A DNA stretch of 64,000 nucleotides from Okamejei kenojei (Eukaryota). The notes below the pieces were generated by a model, which was given only the letters and a program-made list of their open reading frames with translations, had not been told where the DNA came from and searched no databases. Below are positions 11,718 through 22,777 of this stretch, in pieces (positions within the stretch are counted from its first letter, which is position 1; each line of letters begins with the position of its first letter). The DNA lies in contig CM069152.1 of assembly GCA_035221665.1 (NCBI GenBank), positions 19,840,001 to 19,904,000 of the forward strand, given 5' to 3'. Position numbers and translations under genes: made by a program.

Positions 11718-14199
11718 AAATTCACACATATCTGCTCGCCCACGGAGTCGGGAGATAATTCTCCACCGGGGTTAGAGAGCAAGGTCCACGGAGTCGGGGG
11801 ATAAATTCCTCACCGTGGCTGGATAGTGCGTTGAAATGACTATCCTTATACAGCAACTGTTGTATACAGTGCTGCAAAGGTCTCCCTCTCAGAGGCTGGG
11901 TCAGTATCCTGCTGACACTGAGTCTCAGGGTATGGCCGTGGGGCATACCCAAAGGGATGAAAGGCACGTGTCAGAGGTACCTTTCCTGACAATGAGTTGC
12001 CATCCCAGTAAAATATTCTATTGGGGTTAGGCCAATGGGTTCATATCAGTATTGTATCCTACGGCCTGCGGTAGCGCCTGTTAGAGTTGCCTACGAAAAA
12101 AAGGGAAGAGCAAAAGATCAAGATGACTCCGGGCTCTTAAGATGTCAACAGAACAGACTCAAGTACATATGTGCCGGCAGTGAACAACGGCAACAGGGGG
12201 ATGTGAGAGCCAGCCGCTGAATCGATTATTCAGGTAGGTCTATTCTACTGGGGCAGAAGCCTGGCAGATGAATTAATTCGGCCATGAATGGGCAGAAGTC
12301 ATCGTTCAGAATGCACCCCAGGTGCTCATCGGCAGTAGTGGTTCACTGGAGCTGGGGGCAGCATGATAGATCAGAAATTCCATGCACCTTCCAATCATGC
12401 TCAACTAAATGGGTCTAGCACTTCCAAAATCTGGGTAGTGCACCGTTCACAAGTTGAAATATTTATATTTGTTTATACAACACACAAGGGGTAAAATATC
12501 TGGTTGAGGCACAGCAGAGCATTCCAAGCAAGTTGGATTATGGCCAGGGTTTGGAAATTGGGCTCATGCAAACCACCCATGCAAAAGGCAGGATTGGCAT
12601 GTTATTATGAACAATAATGAGTATCTGGCAAATGAACTTCTGTATGTAAAAAAATTATTCCTGACTTCAACAGGTTCATGAGGTAAGAGATTCATGTTAT
12701 ACAAATCCCATTACAAAGGTTATCAAAGACAATATAACTGTACAATAACAGTAAGCTTTGCAGTATGGGATAAACTGTTGTTGGTCATTGGGATTTACCT
12801 ATAATTATTATTAGCGTTGTCTCCACCTTGGGGTTATACCAATCTGTTACTAAACTGATTAAAGTAATTGGCAATATAGCAGCTGGGTTGCAGCTGAGAT
12901 AATCAAGGAACTGATATTGTGTAAGTAGCAATTAGATCATTGCTAACAACCTTGTGCTATTGTCAGCTGAGACTACTTCAGCCACAATGATGAAGTAACA
13001 GTATTCAGCATTGCTGAACATGACCATACTCATTGAACTTGAACTTGAAACTCTCCACAGTAGTGTGGTCGGTTCAATTCAGTTATTATGAAATGATGTT
13101 AGAACTCTAAGATGAGAAGTTCCAAATACCATCACCTACTCAAAGGTAGTGGAGATTGTATGAGTACCAATTCTTCAGTTGTTGGTATCAACTAAATATA
13201 AACACTAAATGCACCGTTGAGTAAGGTTTTGAGTGAATATACATATTCTTCATGCACAAAGTTAAGTTGTTGCTCTACAATGGTGACATATGTTGGTCTC
13301 ATGGTAATTAGGAAGAATATCCTGTAATTAATCTCCTTGCCACTGGTGTATTGTCCAGTTTAGATTGATGATAACACAGAATAAATGTTGGATTTCAAAG
13401 TATGATGAAAGCATGATTCAATTCTTTATCAAATGTTTGTCATGTTTATGCATGTTCACTGTTTGCAAAAATATGTGACACAACAGTGTGGAGAAATATA
13501 TTCTCGTTTCAATAGGAGGAATGGACTTTATGTCTTCCTCATTAGCTGGGTCTTAAAACAGTCAGCTAGACCTCGTTTGGATTCGTACTATTGGACTGGC
13601 CAAGCGTCCATGTTGCCTGCTTCATCAGGCATTATGGCACAATGGTATTCAGTTATGCCAAAAAGCAAGAACTTGCTGTTTTAAACTGTGGTTCAGGAGA
13701 CTGGTCTTTGCACAGTAAACGATTATTGACTTACACATTTTCAATGGATTAACTTATGCCTCATGTTGTCACATTTAGCCATGAGGGTGTTCATTGCAGT
13801 ATGCATGGATAGCATCCAAAAAAGCAGTACATCTCTATTGAGGGGATCAGGAATGTTGTTAAATATCATGATACATTTGATATGATACAAATTACTGACA
13901 TTTCCAGTTCATTTTAAGTGATATTGACAATAGTTCAGTTATAGAGAAATGACAGCTGTAACATAAGGGAACTACATTGTCGGGTCCAACCCGGATATCA
14001 AGTTGTTAAAAAGATCTTGATACAAGTACTCACATCACAAGATTATGCAGTTGGTTATTGTAAATGTGTAAACATTATTCCGCCAAGGGGTTCCAGCTAC
14101 ATCCTTAGTCATGACTCTAATATCAGCACAACGACAGCAAAACATTGCAAACGCTGTGGCTGGACAGGATGGAATTGGCTGTTCATGCCATTACAGTTT

Positions 14200-14631
14200 A
14201 TAGTCTGGTCTACACTAGCAGAGCAGACCAGGGCTGGCATGGTTTTAAGATCATTTGAGTACCCCACTGTCTCAATTTATGTTATCAAGGCCACCAGAAT
14301 CCTTAGAAGTATGGATTCAGCACTGTGTATTCGTTAATAAACAATTACACAAGAAAAGGTCGGTTCAGACTATTTCAAGGTGGCTGCAACAGGTATTGAC
14401 ATTGACGATTGTATGTCTCATTCCACCAGGTCAGCATCAACATCAGTATATCATTTAGAGAGTGTGTTTACATCTCATTATACTAGGGCAGCAGCTATGT
14501 TGGCGGTCAAATGGAGGGATGTGTCCTTTGACCAAATTTTAGTGGCTGTTGGATGGGCTAATGTGCTGATGTTTCAGAAATGTATCATTGGCCAATTGTC
14601 AATCCAGGGCTGTTTGCCAATGTCATTTTAA
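14200..14631 (+). pseudogene. DIRS tyrosine recombinase, C-terminal remnant
   Basis: Frameshifted pieces KQLHKKRSVQTISRWLQQVL and GID...HSTRSASTS...HYTRAAA...FDQILVAVGWANVLMFQK match the HxxR...GW...F..Y catalytic segment of DIRS recombinases. The catalytic Tyr region is disrupted. Confidence 0.8.
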
Positions 14632-14799
14632 GTACCTAAATTTTAGGGGTACTGTTGTTTGTTTACATTGTTAAATAAAACCCTATCATTACATTGAATG
14701 CAATGTTATTACTAATGCATTTATTTCTCTTTCGAGTCAATCAAATGCAGTGGGATGCCGAGAATGTAATCTGCGGCATGAAATCACAAAGCTTTGAAA

Positions 14800-14911
14800 T
14801 CTTCACGGAATCACTCACGTGACTCCGAAGTAAAATAGTAAGATTAAACGAGAACTTACCAGTTTGAAGTTTGATCTTGATTTTATGAGGAGGAACGTTG
14901 GTGACTACGTG
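14800..14911. repeat. DIRS internal complementary region (circle-junction template)
   Basis: Reverse complement reads ...TTAATCTTACT-ATT-TTACTTCGGAGTCACGTGAGTGATTCCGTGAAGA, which is the right end fused to the left start. Confidence 0.9.
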
Positions 14912-16289
14912 CCCACCACGCCCAACCCTCTCTCATAAAAGATCATATGGTAGTTCTCGAGTCACTGATCTTACTGTTTACTTCGGGTGCTGTTTATTTG
15001 TGATTTCATACCGCTGCTTTGAAGTTTGCTGCGCAGGCGTCCTGGCGGGCCTTCTTCACGTAATCACCAACGTTCCTCCTCATAAAATCAAGATCAAACT
15101 TCAAACTGGTAAGTTCTCCTTTAATCTTACTATTAACCTGCAAACATGGGTCCCACCGAGCCTGTGCCGACCAGCGATCCCTGCACACTATCCTACATAC
15201 TAGGGACAATTTACAATTCTTACCAAAGCCAATTAACCTGCAAACATGGAGTATGGAGGAAACTGGCGCTCCTGGAGAAAACCCTCACAGTCACTGGGAG
15301 AACATCTGAACTCTGTACAGACAGCTCCCGTAGTCAGGATCTAACCAGGGTCGCTGGTGTTGTAATGCAGCAACTCTCCTGCAGTGCAACCGTTTGACAC
15401 ATGTCCCTTTAAACCTTTCCTATCCACATGACTGCATTCCCAGTATTGCCAGGGTATTAAGACTACTTAGCCACTGTTGGTCACACCCAGGAAACTTGGT
15501 GGAAGCAGCACTATGCTGGACTGGCAGCCACCCTCTTATCCTACATGGTGCCAGTGGCCAGACCGTCAAGCCAGTGCTGCGATGGCCTATGATGGTTCTC
15601 ACTGCTCATCCAATGCACCAATCCTCTATAGCATGAAACACCACTCATCTCACTACAACGCACCACCACCCCTCCTCTCTCACGCACATGCTCTGCTATC
15701 ACCAACCCTCCCGATATCCTTCATTTTGAACTCAGAAATAACAAGGAAGGAGAAGAGATATTCAAAACTAAAATAGGACATGTCAAAGGTTGTTGGAAAA
15801 AATGAGATCAGATGAGAGGAAATAGTGAGAGTTGGGAAAGTGACCCTGATAACACACCCACTGGTAGGTAAGTGATATCAAGCTAATGGATTTTCTGGAG
15901 AGCACGCGAAGGGGCAAGGAGAAACTTAATATTTAATATAACTACTTCATTCCACTTTTAATTAGTTTTTCTTGAAATACTTCTTCACCTGGATACAATA
16001 ATAGTGCAGAAATTCACAATGGAATATCCGGGTTGGATGATGAGCATAAATCTAGCTATTAATTTCAAAGTTATCCTGGGATGAATATGAAATGTGTTTT
16101 GAAGAGTGTATGCTTGCATGTGTCTGTATGTGCGTGTTTGAATGTGCGCAAGTGTGCACGTGTGTATGGGTGCACTTCTGTGTTTCAGTTTGTTTGTTTG
16201 TTTGTGTCAAATTTTGTGTAATAGAGTATGTGTGTTTGAGTATGTGTCATGTGTATGAAATTGTGCGTATCCATGAGTTTGAGTGTTTC

Positions 16290-16582
16290 GTTTAGTTCAG
16301 TGATACAGCACGGAAACAGGCCCTTCGGCCCACTGTGTCCATTCCGATGATCGATCATCCATGCACTAGTTCCATGTTATCCCCGTTTGCATCCTACATT
16401 CCAAGGGCAATTAACCTCTAAACGTGCATATCTTTGGAGTGTGGGATGAAACGGGAGCACCCGGAGAAAGCACACCCTTGGCACAGGAAGAATGTACAAA
16501 CTCCACACAGACAGCGCCAGTAGTCGGGATCGAACCGAGGTCTTTGGTGCTATGAGGCAGTAGCTCTACCACTGTGCTGCCA
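16290..16582 (-). mobile_element. HE1-like SINE
   Basis: Tail CAGCACGGAAACAGGCCCTTCGGCCCAC and reversed B-box GGGATCGAACC; sits inside a TG-rich tract. Confidence 0.8.
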
Positions 16583-16923
16583 TCAACTTGTTATAGTACC
16601 TGCCTGAGTTACTTATTTTGGCAACTTGTTCAATAAACCCACCATCCCCTGTGTGAAAAGGTTGGCCCTCAGTGTATCTGAGTGTACGTGATTTTATGTT
16701 TGTTTCTGTATGTGTGTGTGCGTGGTTGCCTGCGTGTCGTCACATACATGAGTATACACGTGTGTGTATGTGTGTGCGTGCTTACACGCGCGCATTAGGG
16801 GATTGAGAATGGACCTGTGATTTAGTAGATATATTTCCTCATTCCTCAACAATGTTTTACGACACTGAAAATGCTAGAAATTCTTATCCAGGCATTCTTA
16901 TCCAAGAAATTCTTATCCAAGCA

Positions 16924-16987
16924 AGGAGGGGTGGTGGGGGGGGGGGGGGGGTGGGGGGGGGGGGGGTGGGGGGGGGGGGGGGGGTGG
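16924..16987 (+). repeat. Poly-G tract (G-quadruplex capable)
   Basis: About 60 nt of near-pure G. Shorter G runs at 28139-28162, 29031-29047, 37024-37044 and 52407-52423; C run at 18428-18441. Confidence 0.85.
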
Positions 16988-17789
16988 CAATTAGGTGAAA
17001 GGAGAGATTGGGTGATTGAGGGGGGGAATGATGCAAACTGAAGGAAGGGTGGTGAGAGTCTCAAGGAACTGTAACTACAGAATAATTACCTGCGATTACC
17101 AAATGTGAGTTCTGAGTATCTAACCTTGCAAATGTCTTGTCAGTGGGTTTATGTATTGAAGGATGTTGAGCTGCTATTCCTGGACCACATCTCAGTGGAG
17201 TTCGTCCAGGTCACACAATATTTACAATGTCACTGCAACAAAACACATGTTTTAACCTGAAAATAATAGTCCGCGATGCTGCACAGGAGTCTTACCAGAT
17301 GAAAATTGGCACCGAGCCACATAATTAATCAGAGAGAGCTTAATCAAAGAGGCAACATTTAAGGAATAATTTAAAGGAATTAGAAGAAGGCGAAAGTCTG
17401 AGGTTTTGAACAGGGAGTTTCGGAGCCCAGAGCCTCCAGCAGCAGAAGCAAAGTCCACGGGAGGTGAGTGGCTAAGGGGATGACCAGGAGGTTGCAACTG
17501 GTGAAAGGTATGGGAAGTGTAAAACATGGGGACAGTCACAGAGTGAGGGCGAGCTGAGACTTTGTGTGAATTGAAAGGCAAGGGTGAAATTAAGACATTA
17601 ATTAATCATTGGGCATGGGGGTGACCGATAAACAGGCCTCTATTTAACTTCACAGAGAGCAAGATGAGGGATCTACCAGGAGGGCATTGGAATGGTAGCT
17701 CGAGGTAAGGATGAGGATTTTGGCAGCAGACATACCGTGGGTGGATGGAGGTTTGTAATCTTATATAAATGGAAGCACCTTCAAACCAA

Positions 17790-18090
17790 ATTGATGCCTC
17801 ACAGCACCAGAGACCCAGGTTCGATCCTGAGCTGTCAGTGTGGAGTTTGCATGTTCTCCCTGTGACTGTGTGGGTTCCCTCTGGGTGCTTTGGCTTCCTC
17901 CCATGTTCCAAAGATGTGCAAGTTTATAGGGTAACTGGCCTCTGTAAAATTGTCCCTAACGTGTGGAGAGTCGATGTGCAAGAGGGATAGTATAAAACGT
18001 ATGTGAAGGGATGGCCGGAGTAGACTCTGATGACCGAATAGCCTGTTTCCCTACTGTATCTTTAAACTAAACAAAAACTAAAAACTAAAC
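17790..18090 (+). mobile_element. HE1-like SINE
   Basis: B-box GGTTCGATCC at 17818, body GTGGAGTTTGCATGTTCTCCC, tail GCCTGTTTCC...(CTAAA)n. Confidence 0.8.
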
Positions 18091-18109
18091 TGGTTTTGGT
18101 CAACATAGA

Positions 18110-19150
18110 AACTCATAGAAAGTTACGGTTTGGAGGGGCCTCGTTCAGCCTATGGAATTCCTAATTCTCATCCTAAACGCCTGCATGTTGCAAAGCTCCA
18201 GGTACTTTCTATATGTGATGGGATTTTCTGCCTCCACTTCGTTATGCAGTGAGTTGCAATCCCCTCCTCTTCTGGGGTGGAACATATCTCCTCAAACTTT
18301 CCACCAATTCATCTGCTCCTCCCAGTCATTGACCTCTTTGCTACAGGAAACCAGTCCCTCCTTTTCGCCTCTGATAAGTTTAGATTTTATATCTCCTCTC
18401 TGAATGCTTCAATCCAACCTACAGTACCCCCCCCCCCCCCCATTGTTGTAACCCTCGGCTCTGTCTTCACAGACCTCCGATGTGCCCACTTTGACACCGT
18501 CACAGTCTCCTAGTTCTCTGGCGGCCAGACCACACACAGTGGTCAGCTGTTGTCTTGCGGGGTTTTTTCAGCTCCTGTATAAGCTCCCTGTTCATATGTT
18601 CCATGCCTAGTTGATAAAGGAAAGTATCCTGCAGCTTTTTTAACAGTCATTTTCCTGGTTGCCACCATTTATTGCCCATCCTAACTACCCTCTGGAAGAT
18701 TGGAGTGACCTAACTTCATGAAGACCTAACTGTTGTGAAAGTCTCCCATTTGTGCTATTGAGGAGGACGTTTCAGGATTTAGACCCAGTGATGATGGAGA
18801 ACAAGCAATGTATTTCCAGATCGGGATGACATATAATGTGGAAGAGAACCTGCATGTGGTGGTTCCCCCATGCATATGTCGTCCCTTTATTTCCTTGTCC
18901 CTACTAGGTTTGAGAGGTGCTGTAGGATTAGCCTGGGTGAGTAACTGCAGTGTGTTTTTGCAGATGATACACAATGCAGGCACTGTACACCCAGTGCCGG
19001 AAGGTCAATAGGGTCTCAATCGTACAGGTTGTTTCTTTCTTGGAGAGTTGCTGGAACTGCGCTCATCCAGGCAAGTGGAGAGTATTTCTTCAACCTCCTG
19101 CCTTGTGCCGTGCAGATGGCAGCACATCTTGTGCGTGTCAGGAGGTGATT
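18110..19150 (-). mobile_element. Decayed CR1-type LINE fragments
   Basis: Reversed 3' tail (CATAGAA...GGAGGGGCC) and sequence resembling reversed CR1 3' regions; recognised by nucleotide similarity only. Confidence 0.5.
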
Positions 19151-21065
19151 CATCCACCTCCTACCCGCCTTCTCTACCTGGCTCCCTTCCGTCCCTTCAT
19201 CTGTAGATGTGCTCTCTGAGGTTGCTGTCTTCCTCCATGCCCACTATTCCTGTGTGATACAGAGGATATTGGCTGGATAGCTCAGTGCACTGTCAACAAG
19301 ATGCTTATGTTGCTTCAGCCTGAGACCGAGGGGGATGTGGAGGGAGCTGAAGACATTTGCCTTGACATAGCCTTGCACTAATGGAGGTAATTACTGCTCA
19401 TCGGTACTGGCTGTTGGACATTAGGAGTAACCAAGTGATTCATTTTAAATCTGCTGATGTTGAGAATAATTTGCTTAGAAATGTTATTTGTGCTGTGTTC
19501 TGAATAACTTGCTAATTGTTATGGAGCTAGAAGATTAAAACCCATCAATCTCTAAATCTGTATATGGATGTCACTGTATTGATGGTGTGATATGATGCAC
19601 TGAGTTGAAATCTAAGTCTCTTGGGGAAAAAAAGTCAATTAAAAAAAACTCAGTTGGGGGAATTTTGGAAGTGCTTCTCTTGCACAGAATTGAATTCTGT
19701 CAATGTTTTCTTGCTGTTGGCTCGGTGGCTTGCTTCAGAGTCATTAGGAACATAAGGAAGTTAACACGCTTCCTTTGCTGGCAGTCTAGGTTCTTCAGGC
19801 AATGATGTTAGTGATAACAAGGTGACCTGATGAGTGACCAGGCAGGTCAGCTCTGTCTTGGGCATGTGGTCAGAGTAGAGGAGAAATTCCTTCTCCCACA
19901 GGATAGTAAATGCTTGGCATTGTCAACCCAAGAGGCCGTGGAGGATATCTAAGACTTCTGGATATTAGGAGAAACATGGGATAGGGGTTTACTGCAGGAC
20001 AACCATGTTGAAGTAGAAAATGAGCCATGATCTCACTGGATAGCAGAGCAACAACAAGGGGCCGAATGGTTCATGCTTCCCTTATTTCCTGTGTCCCTCA
20101 GTGGAAAGAATAGATGCAAAGGATTGAATGGTCTTCTCTGTGGTACTTTGAATTGACTGTACATCAACATGGAAATTACAGATTATAATAAAAACATGTT
20201 TTGATTAGAACAAGAAAATGATAAGAACAATCAAACTGCTAAAACAGATACAAAGTATTCCTTACGATGGTCTCAGTGGCGTTGAATGACTGAAGCATTT
20301 TCCCCTCTGACTATAGCCCTGACACCAGGATTAGTGAAAAGAATTGATTATTCCACTAAGAAAGACCCTGCATATTTGGGAGTATCTGTGTATATGAGAG
20401 AGAGAGAGAGAGAGAGACAGAGAAACAGAGAAATGGAAAGACAGTCAGAGACCTCTGCTATTTTGGGTCTAGTGCATAGATTAATGGTGGAATCTGTGGA
20501 AGTTGAAAAAAAGTGGAGAAAATAAAATGTCAGTAGTGTAGGATTAGTATAAACTGGTGTTTGATAGCATGTACTAAGTAGGCTGAAGGGTCTGTTTCTT
20601 TGTTGTATGGCTGTATGATTGTGTTCAGGACTCTTACCCTAAACCCATGTATTAGACCACTAAGCAAAGCCACGCACAACAAGAGGGTGCTGGCTTTACA
20701 GCTCTCTCTCTCTCTCTAATATTTAGATCACATCAGAGAGTGAACAAAATTCTAGATTGAGATTGAATTATTTAACGTGGGGAGAGAATTTCAGAGACTG
20801 ATTGAGAAAATTGCTTAATTGGCCCTCTTAAGTTGAATAGATTTATGATTGTAATTATCTTTCATAAATCACCTCTGTTTTAACTGGGATAACAGTTGCT
20901 AAATTGCTAGTGGAATGAATTCATCTCTGGTAATCTTTGCTTGGGAAGACTGCACTATTATTTTAACCTCCTCCTTTATTATTCTTGGAGAACCATTGTA
21001 TTAACAACTATGCACGCAGTGGTAATTTGGACTAAGGGTGGCGTTTTGTACAAGAACGCATTAAA

Positions 21066-21284
21066 GGGCGTTATTTGTGCGTCACGCAGATGGCGCGCGA
21101 AGATTTTGTACATCCCAAAATCCTGGAGCGGCAGCGCGAACACGCGTCACTGCCTACGTCACCACGCACCATGCCCGCATAATGCGCACATCACGTGCGC
21201 GTCACGATGCGCACGTCGTGCATCGTGACGCGTAAATGATGTCGCGTAAATGACGCACAAATGACGCCCAAGTGGGACAGGCCC
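21066..21284. mobile_element. CpG-rich MITE, probably PIF/Harbinger-type, with the left terminus partly deleted
   Basis: GGGCGTTATTTGTGCGTCA (21066-21084) pairs with TGACGCACAAATGACGCCC (21251-21269). Right end AAGTGGGACAGGCCC. Confidence 0.7.
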
Positions 21285-22059
21285 TCAAAGATGCAGCATT
21301 TCACAGTGGAGACGGCCTGTGGGACTGATGGCTGTGGGCCGAATATTCTAAACCTGATATTGTAAAAATGACAGGTTTTTTTAAACAATGACTCAGTGCT
21401 CAGGGGCACAGTCAAATGTTTCAGCAGTCGTGTGTACATGTGAGCCAGTTTCACCCACCAGTGTGGAACAATTAGTTTACATTACTTTCTCTTCACCTGC
21501 TCGCCCTGTTAACGTGCCAGGAGTCATTTTCCTGCTGCCTTCCACTATAATAAATACTGAAGTCATGATACGGAGTATAGGCGTACACACCCAGAGCTTG
21601 CAATACATTGCATAAGGAGCACCATAGGAGCATAAGAACATGACAAGGAATAAGAGTAGCAGTATGCCTTGTGACCCTTTGAGCCTGCTCCACTAGTCAT
21701 CACGTTCACGGCTGATCTACCTCTGTGTGGTCTTCCTTCCCCGTCAACATTCAGAAATCCATTAATTACCACTCTGAAGGAACTCAGTGACTGAGCCTTC
21801 AAGGGCCTTTGGAACAGGTGATTCCAGAGTTTCGCCACCCACAAACCAATGAGGTTTTTCACAGTGTGCCCCACCATAATGGGTGCCAAACAATCACGGT
21901 GCAATGCATCAAAGGCCATTTCAGCTACCAATTGCTGCCACAAACTTCAGCAGCATACTATAGGTAGCATTGTATTTTTCTCAATACCACATTGCTGAGA
22001 GTTTTGTAGCCATTCATTGCAGGAGGCGATCATTTTGTGCCAGCATCAACCCTCTCGAG

Positions 22060-22320
22060 GGAGAGTCTGACGACCCAGACTCGGGTCCTTTGGCCAAACA
22101 AGTCCATGCCAAGCACCTGTTCACATCAATTTTACACCAATCCCATTTTATCCTTCCCACAATTTCATCAACCCCCAACACCCAATAGCATCCCTTGTCT
22201 ACACACTAGGGGCAGCTTACAGCAGCCAATTAACCTAACAAAGGTCACACCATTAGGAGAAGGGACACAAACAGAGTATCTGGGACAAACCTATCTGCCA
22301 GAGGGAGAACATGCAACCCT
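22060..22320 (-). mobile_element. Degenerate HE1-like SINE
   Basis: ACACACTAGGGGCAGCTTACAGCAGCCAATTAACCTA...GGGAGAACATGCAAAC matches the reversed SINE body. Confidence 0.65.
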
Positions 22321-22486
22321 ATGCTCTTAATATAGTTACAAAAACGTTTGCGATTCTCCTTTGCTCCCCATACATGATATGAGAACTCCTTATAGAAAAG
22401 GCAATCTCATATATTGTGATTCTGACGCTGAGATCGGATGCAAATGTGGCTCTGGCTGGGTGCAGTGCAGCTGAGTTCATAGAGTA

Positions 22487-22777
22487 ATGCCCCTGTCCCA
22501 CTTGGGAAACCTGAACGGAAACCTCTGGAGACTTTGCGCCCCACCCAAGGTTTCCGTGCGGTTCCCGGAGGTTCCCAGAGGTTTTTGTCAGTCTCCCTAA
22601 TGGTCGAAAGTGGTTTCCGTTTTAAAAATCGGTAATTTTTTAGTCGAAGCCGGTTGCGGTGCTAGTTGAAGGGGGTTGCCGGAGGATAAAAACCTCCGGG
22701 AACCATACGGAAACCTTGGGTGGGGCGCAAAGTCTCCAGAGGTTTCCGTTCAGGTTTCCCAAGTGTGACCTGGGCAT
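22487..22777. mobile_element. MITE with about 85-bp terminal inverted repeats, probably PIF/Harbinger-type
   Basis: ATGCCCCTGTCCCACTTGGGAAACCTGAACGGAAACCTCTGGAGACTTTGCGCCCCACCCAAGGTTTCCGT... recurs almost perfectly inverted at 22690-22777; TA on both flanks. Confidence 0.9.

Larger units (their letters stand above)
10434..15134 (+). mobile_element. DIRS1-type tyrosine-recombinase retrotransposon with complete termini and decayed ORFs
   Basis: 10453-10490 is the inverted repeat of 15030-15067 (1 mismatch). The internal complementary region 14800-14911 joins the complements of the left start and right end. There is no TSD, but ATT is shared at both junctions. Recombinase HSTR motif is present. 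Confidence 0.92.
10312..15392 (-). mobile_element. HE1-like SINE (10312-10435 and 15132-15392) hosting the DIRS insertion, with a 100-bp internal tandem duplication
   Basis: (TTTAG)n tail at 10312-10330. Segment 10352-10435 recurs at 15151-15234. The SINE head is at about 15330-15392. Confidence 0.8.

Noticed and set aside
11850-14200. Expected DIRS reverse transcriptase/RNase H ORFs
   Set aside because: Too decayed; I could not read any diagnostic motif, so these were not annotated.
19800-19860. CTGATGA followed by a hairpin (hammerhead or C/D snoRNA candidate)
   Set aside because: No GAAA after the stem, and the C-to-D box distance is too short for a snoRNA.
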